From IMG/VR virus record IMGVR_UViG_3300037467_000956, positions 1 through 52,731 of that record: a DNA stretch of 52,731 nt; one strand, given 5' to 3'. Below are positions 52,073 through 52,731 of the stretch, one piece after another. Each line of letters opens with the position of its first letter. Position 1 is the stretch's first letter. This stretch comes from a virus (lineage: Duplodnaviria > Caudoviricetes). A model generated the notes under the pieces. The model searched no databases. It saw only the letters and a list, made by a program, of their open reading frames with translations, and was not told the DNA's origin. The position numbers were made by a program, and so were the translations under genes.

Positions 52073-52644
52073 TTCAACTGATACTCGATCCCGGCCGCGT
52101 CGAGCGCTTCCGTGATGGCATCCCGTGCCGCGCCGGCCACGTCCTGCGGCACCAGCACGCGGACCGCCGACATGATCCCATCCGTATGCGCGCCGGAGTT
52201 CAGCACGGCGCCGTCCGATCCCCATCCGCCCAAAAAATCTTCGATGTCCGCAGGGTCGAAGCCGGTCAAGCCGAGATCGAACCCGGCTTCTGCCAGGTCG
52301 GCCAGTTCGATCCGGAGCAAGGCATCATCCCATGATCCGTTCTCGGTCAGCTTGTTGTCCGCGATGATGTACGCGCGCTTTTGCGCCTCGCTCCACCCGC
52401 GGGCGATGGTGACCGGGACGCGGTCATATCCGAGCAGGGTCGCCGCAAGGACCCGAGCATGTCCGGCGAGGATGCCGTCCTGTTCATCGACTAGTATGGG
52501 GGTGGTTACGCCCCATTCGCGCATGGATGCCGCGATCTGTGCGATCTGCTGCTCAGAATGTACACGGGTGTTGCGGGCATTCGGAATAAGCTGCGCAACT
52601 TTGCGCATCTCGATTTGGCTGGCTGGCCATTTTGTTTCGCTCAC
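52069..52644 (-). CDS. ParB/Srx-like N-terminal domain protein (no methylase domain)
   Basis: P..RN.R.HS..QI.QIAAS..EWG.T.PIL, I.AGH.R..AA, Y.IADNKL; ATGA-coupled to dpdA. Confidence 0.88.
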   Translation of the reverse strand: MSETKWPASQIEMRKVAQLIPNARNTRVHSEQQIAQIAASMREWGVTTPILVDEQDGILAGHARVLAATLLGYDRVPVTIARGWSEAQKRAYIIADNKLTENGSWDDALLRIELADLAEAGFDLGLTGFDPADIEDFLGGWGSDGAVLNSGAHTDGIMSAVRVLVPQDVAGAARDAITEALDAAGIEYQLK

Positions 52645-52694
52645 GGCGGCTCGACCCCCACCCTTTGATGTGCGGCGTCTAAAACAGAAGGCTG

Positions 52695-52731
52695 CTCGCC
52701 GATCCCCCGCCATTGGGTCATTTTATTTCAA
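52695..52731. repeat. Terminal direct repeat, right copy
   Basis: Matches 1-37 with a single T/G mismatch. Confidence 0.95.

Noticed and set aside
52069-52644. Plasmid-prophage partition ParB
   Set aside because: No parA and no HTH; it is the N-terminal domain type usually linked to DNA-modification genes, and the phage has an integrase

Overview
The window is an apparently complete, circularly permuted genome of a high-GC temperate siphophage. Its ends share a 37-bp direct repeat with one mismatch. The host is probably alphaproteobacterial (GapR-like gene, GTA-gp10-type tail chaperone, DUF3168/DUF6456-like genes). The modules, in order, are: HNH and a Q-like late regulator; an early leftward operon with a C5 DNA methyltransferase, replication initiator/ori, VRR-NUC, GapR and Cro; CI; a rightward recombination/integration operon (Gp157, ERF, Xis, tyrosine integrase, putative attP); a large accessory region; lysis; tail; an HK97-type head with fused protease-capsid; terminase; and a 7-deazaguanine DNA-modification module. 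The most notable signals are: (1) a FolE-QueD-QueE-DpdA-ParB-like module with no QueC, a non-canonical DpdA pocket residue, and direct coupling to the terminase genes; (2) a C5-methyltransferase whose motif IX lies in a nested alternative reading frame; (3) candidate anti-defence genes (Acb2/Tad1-like sponge, stand-alone DarG macrodomain, MqsA-type Zn ribbon); (4) a 20-bp palindromic operator at five distant intergenic sites plus a second palindrome shared by two promoters; (5) a CI repressor with a degenerate autoprotease site; (6) an unrecognised domain present three times in the accessory region. All calls come from reading motifs by eye; no database searches were run.
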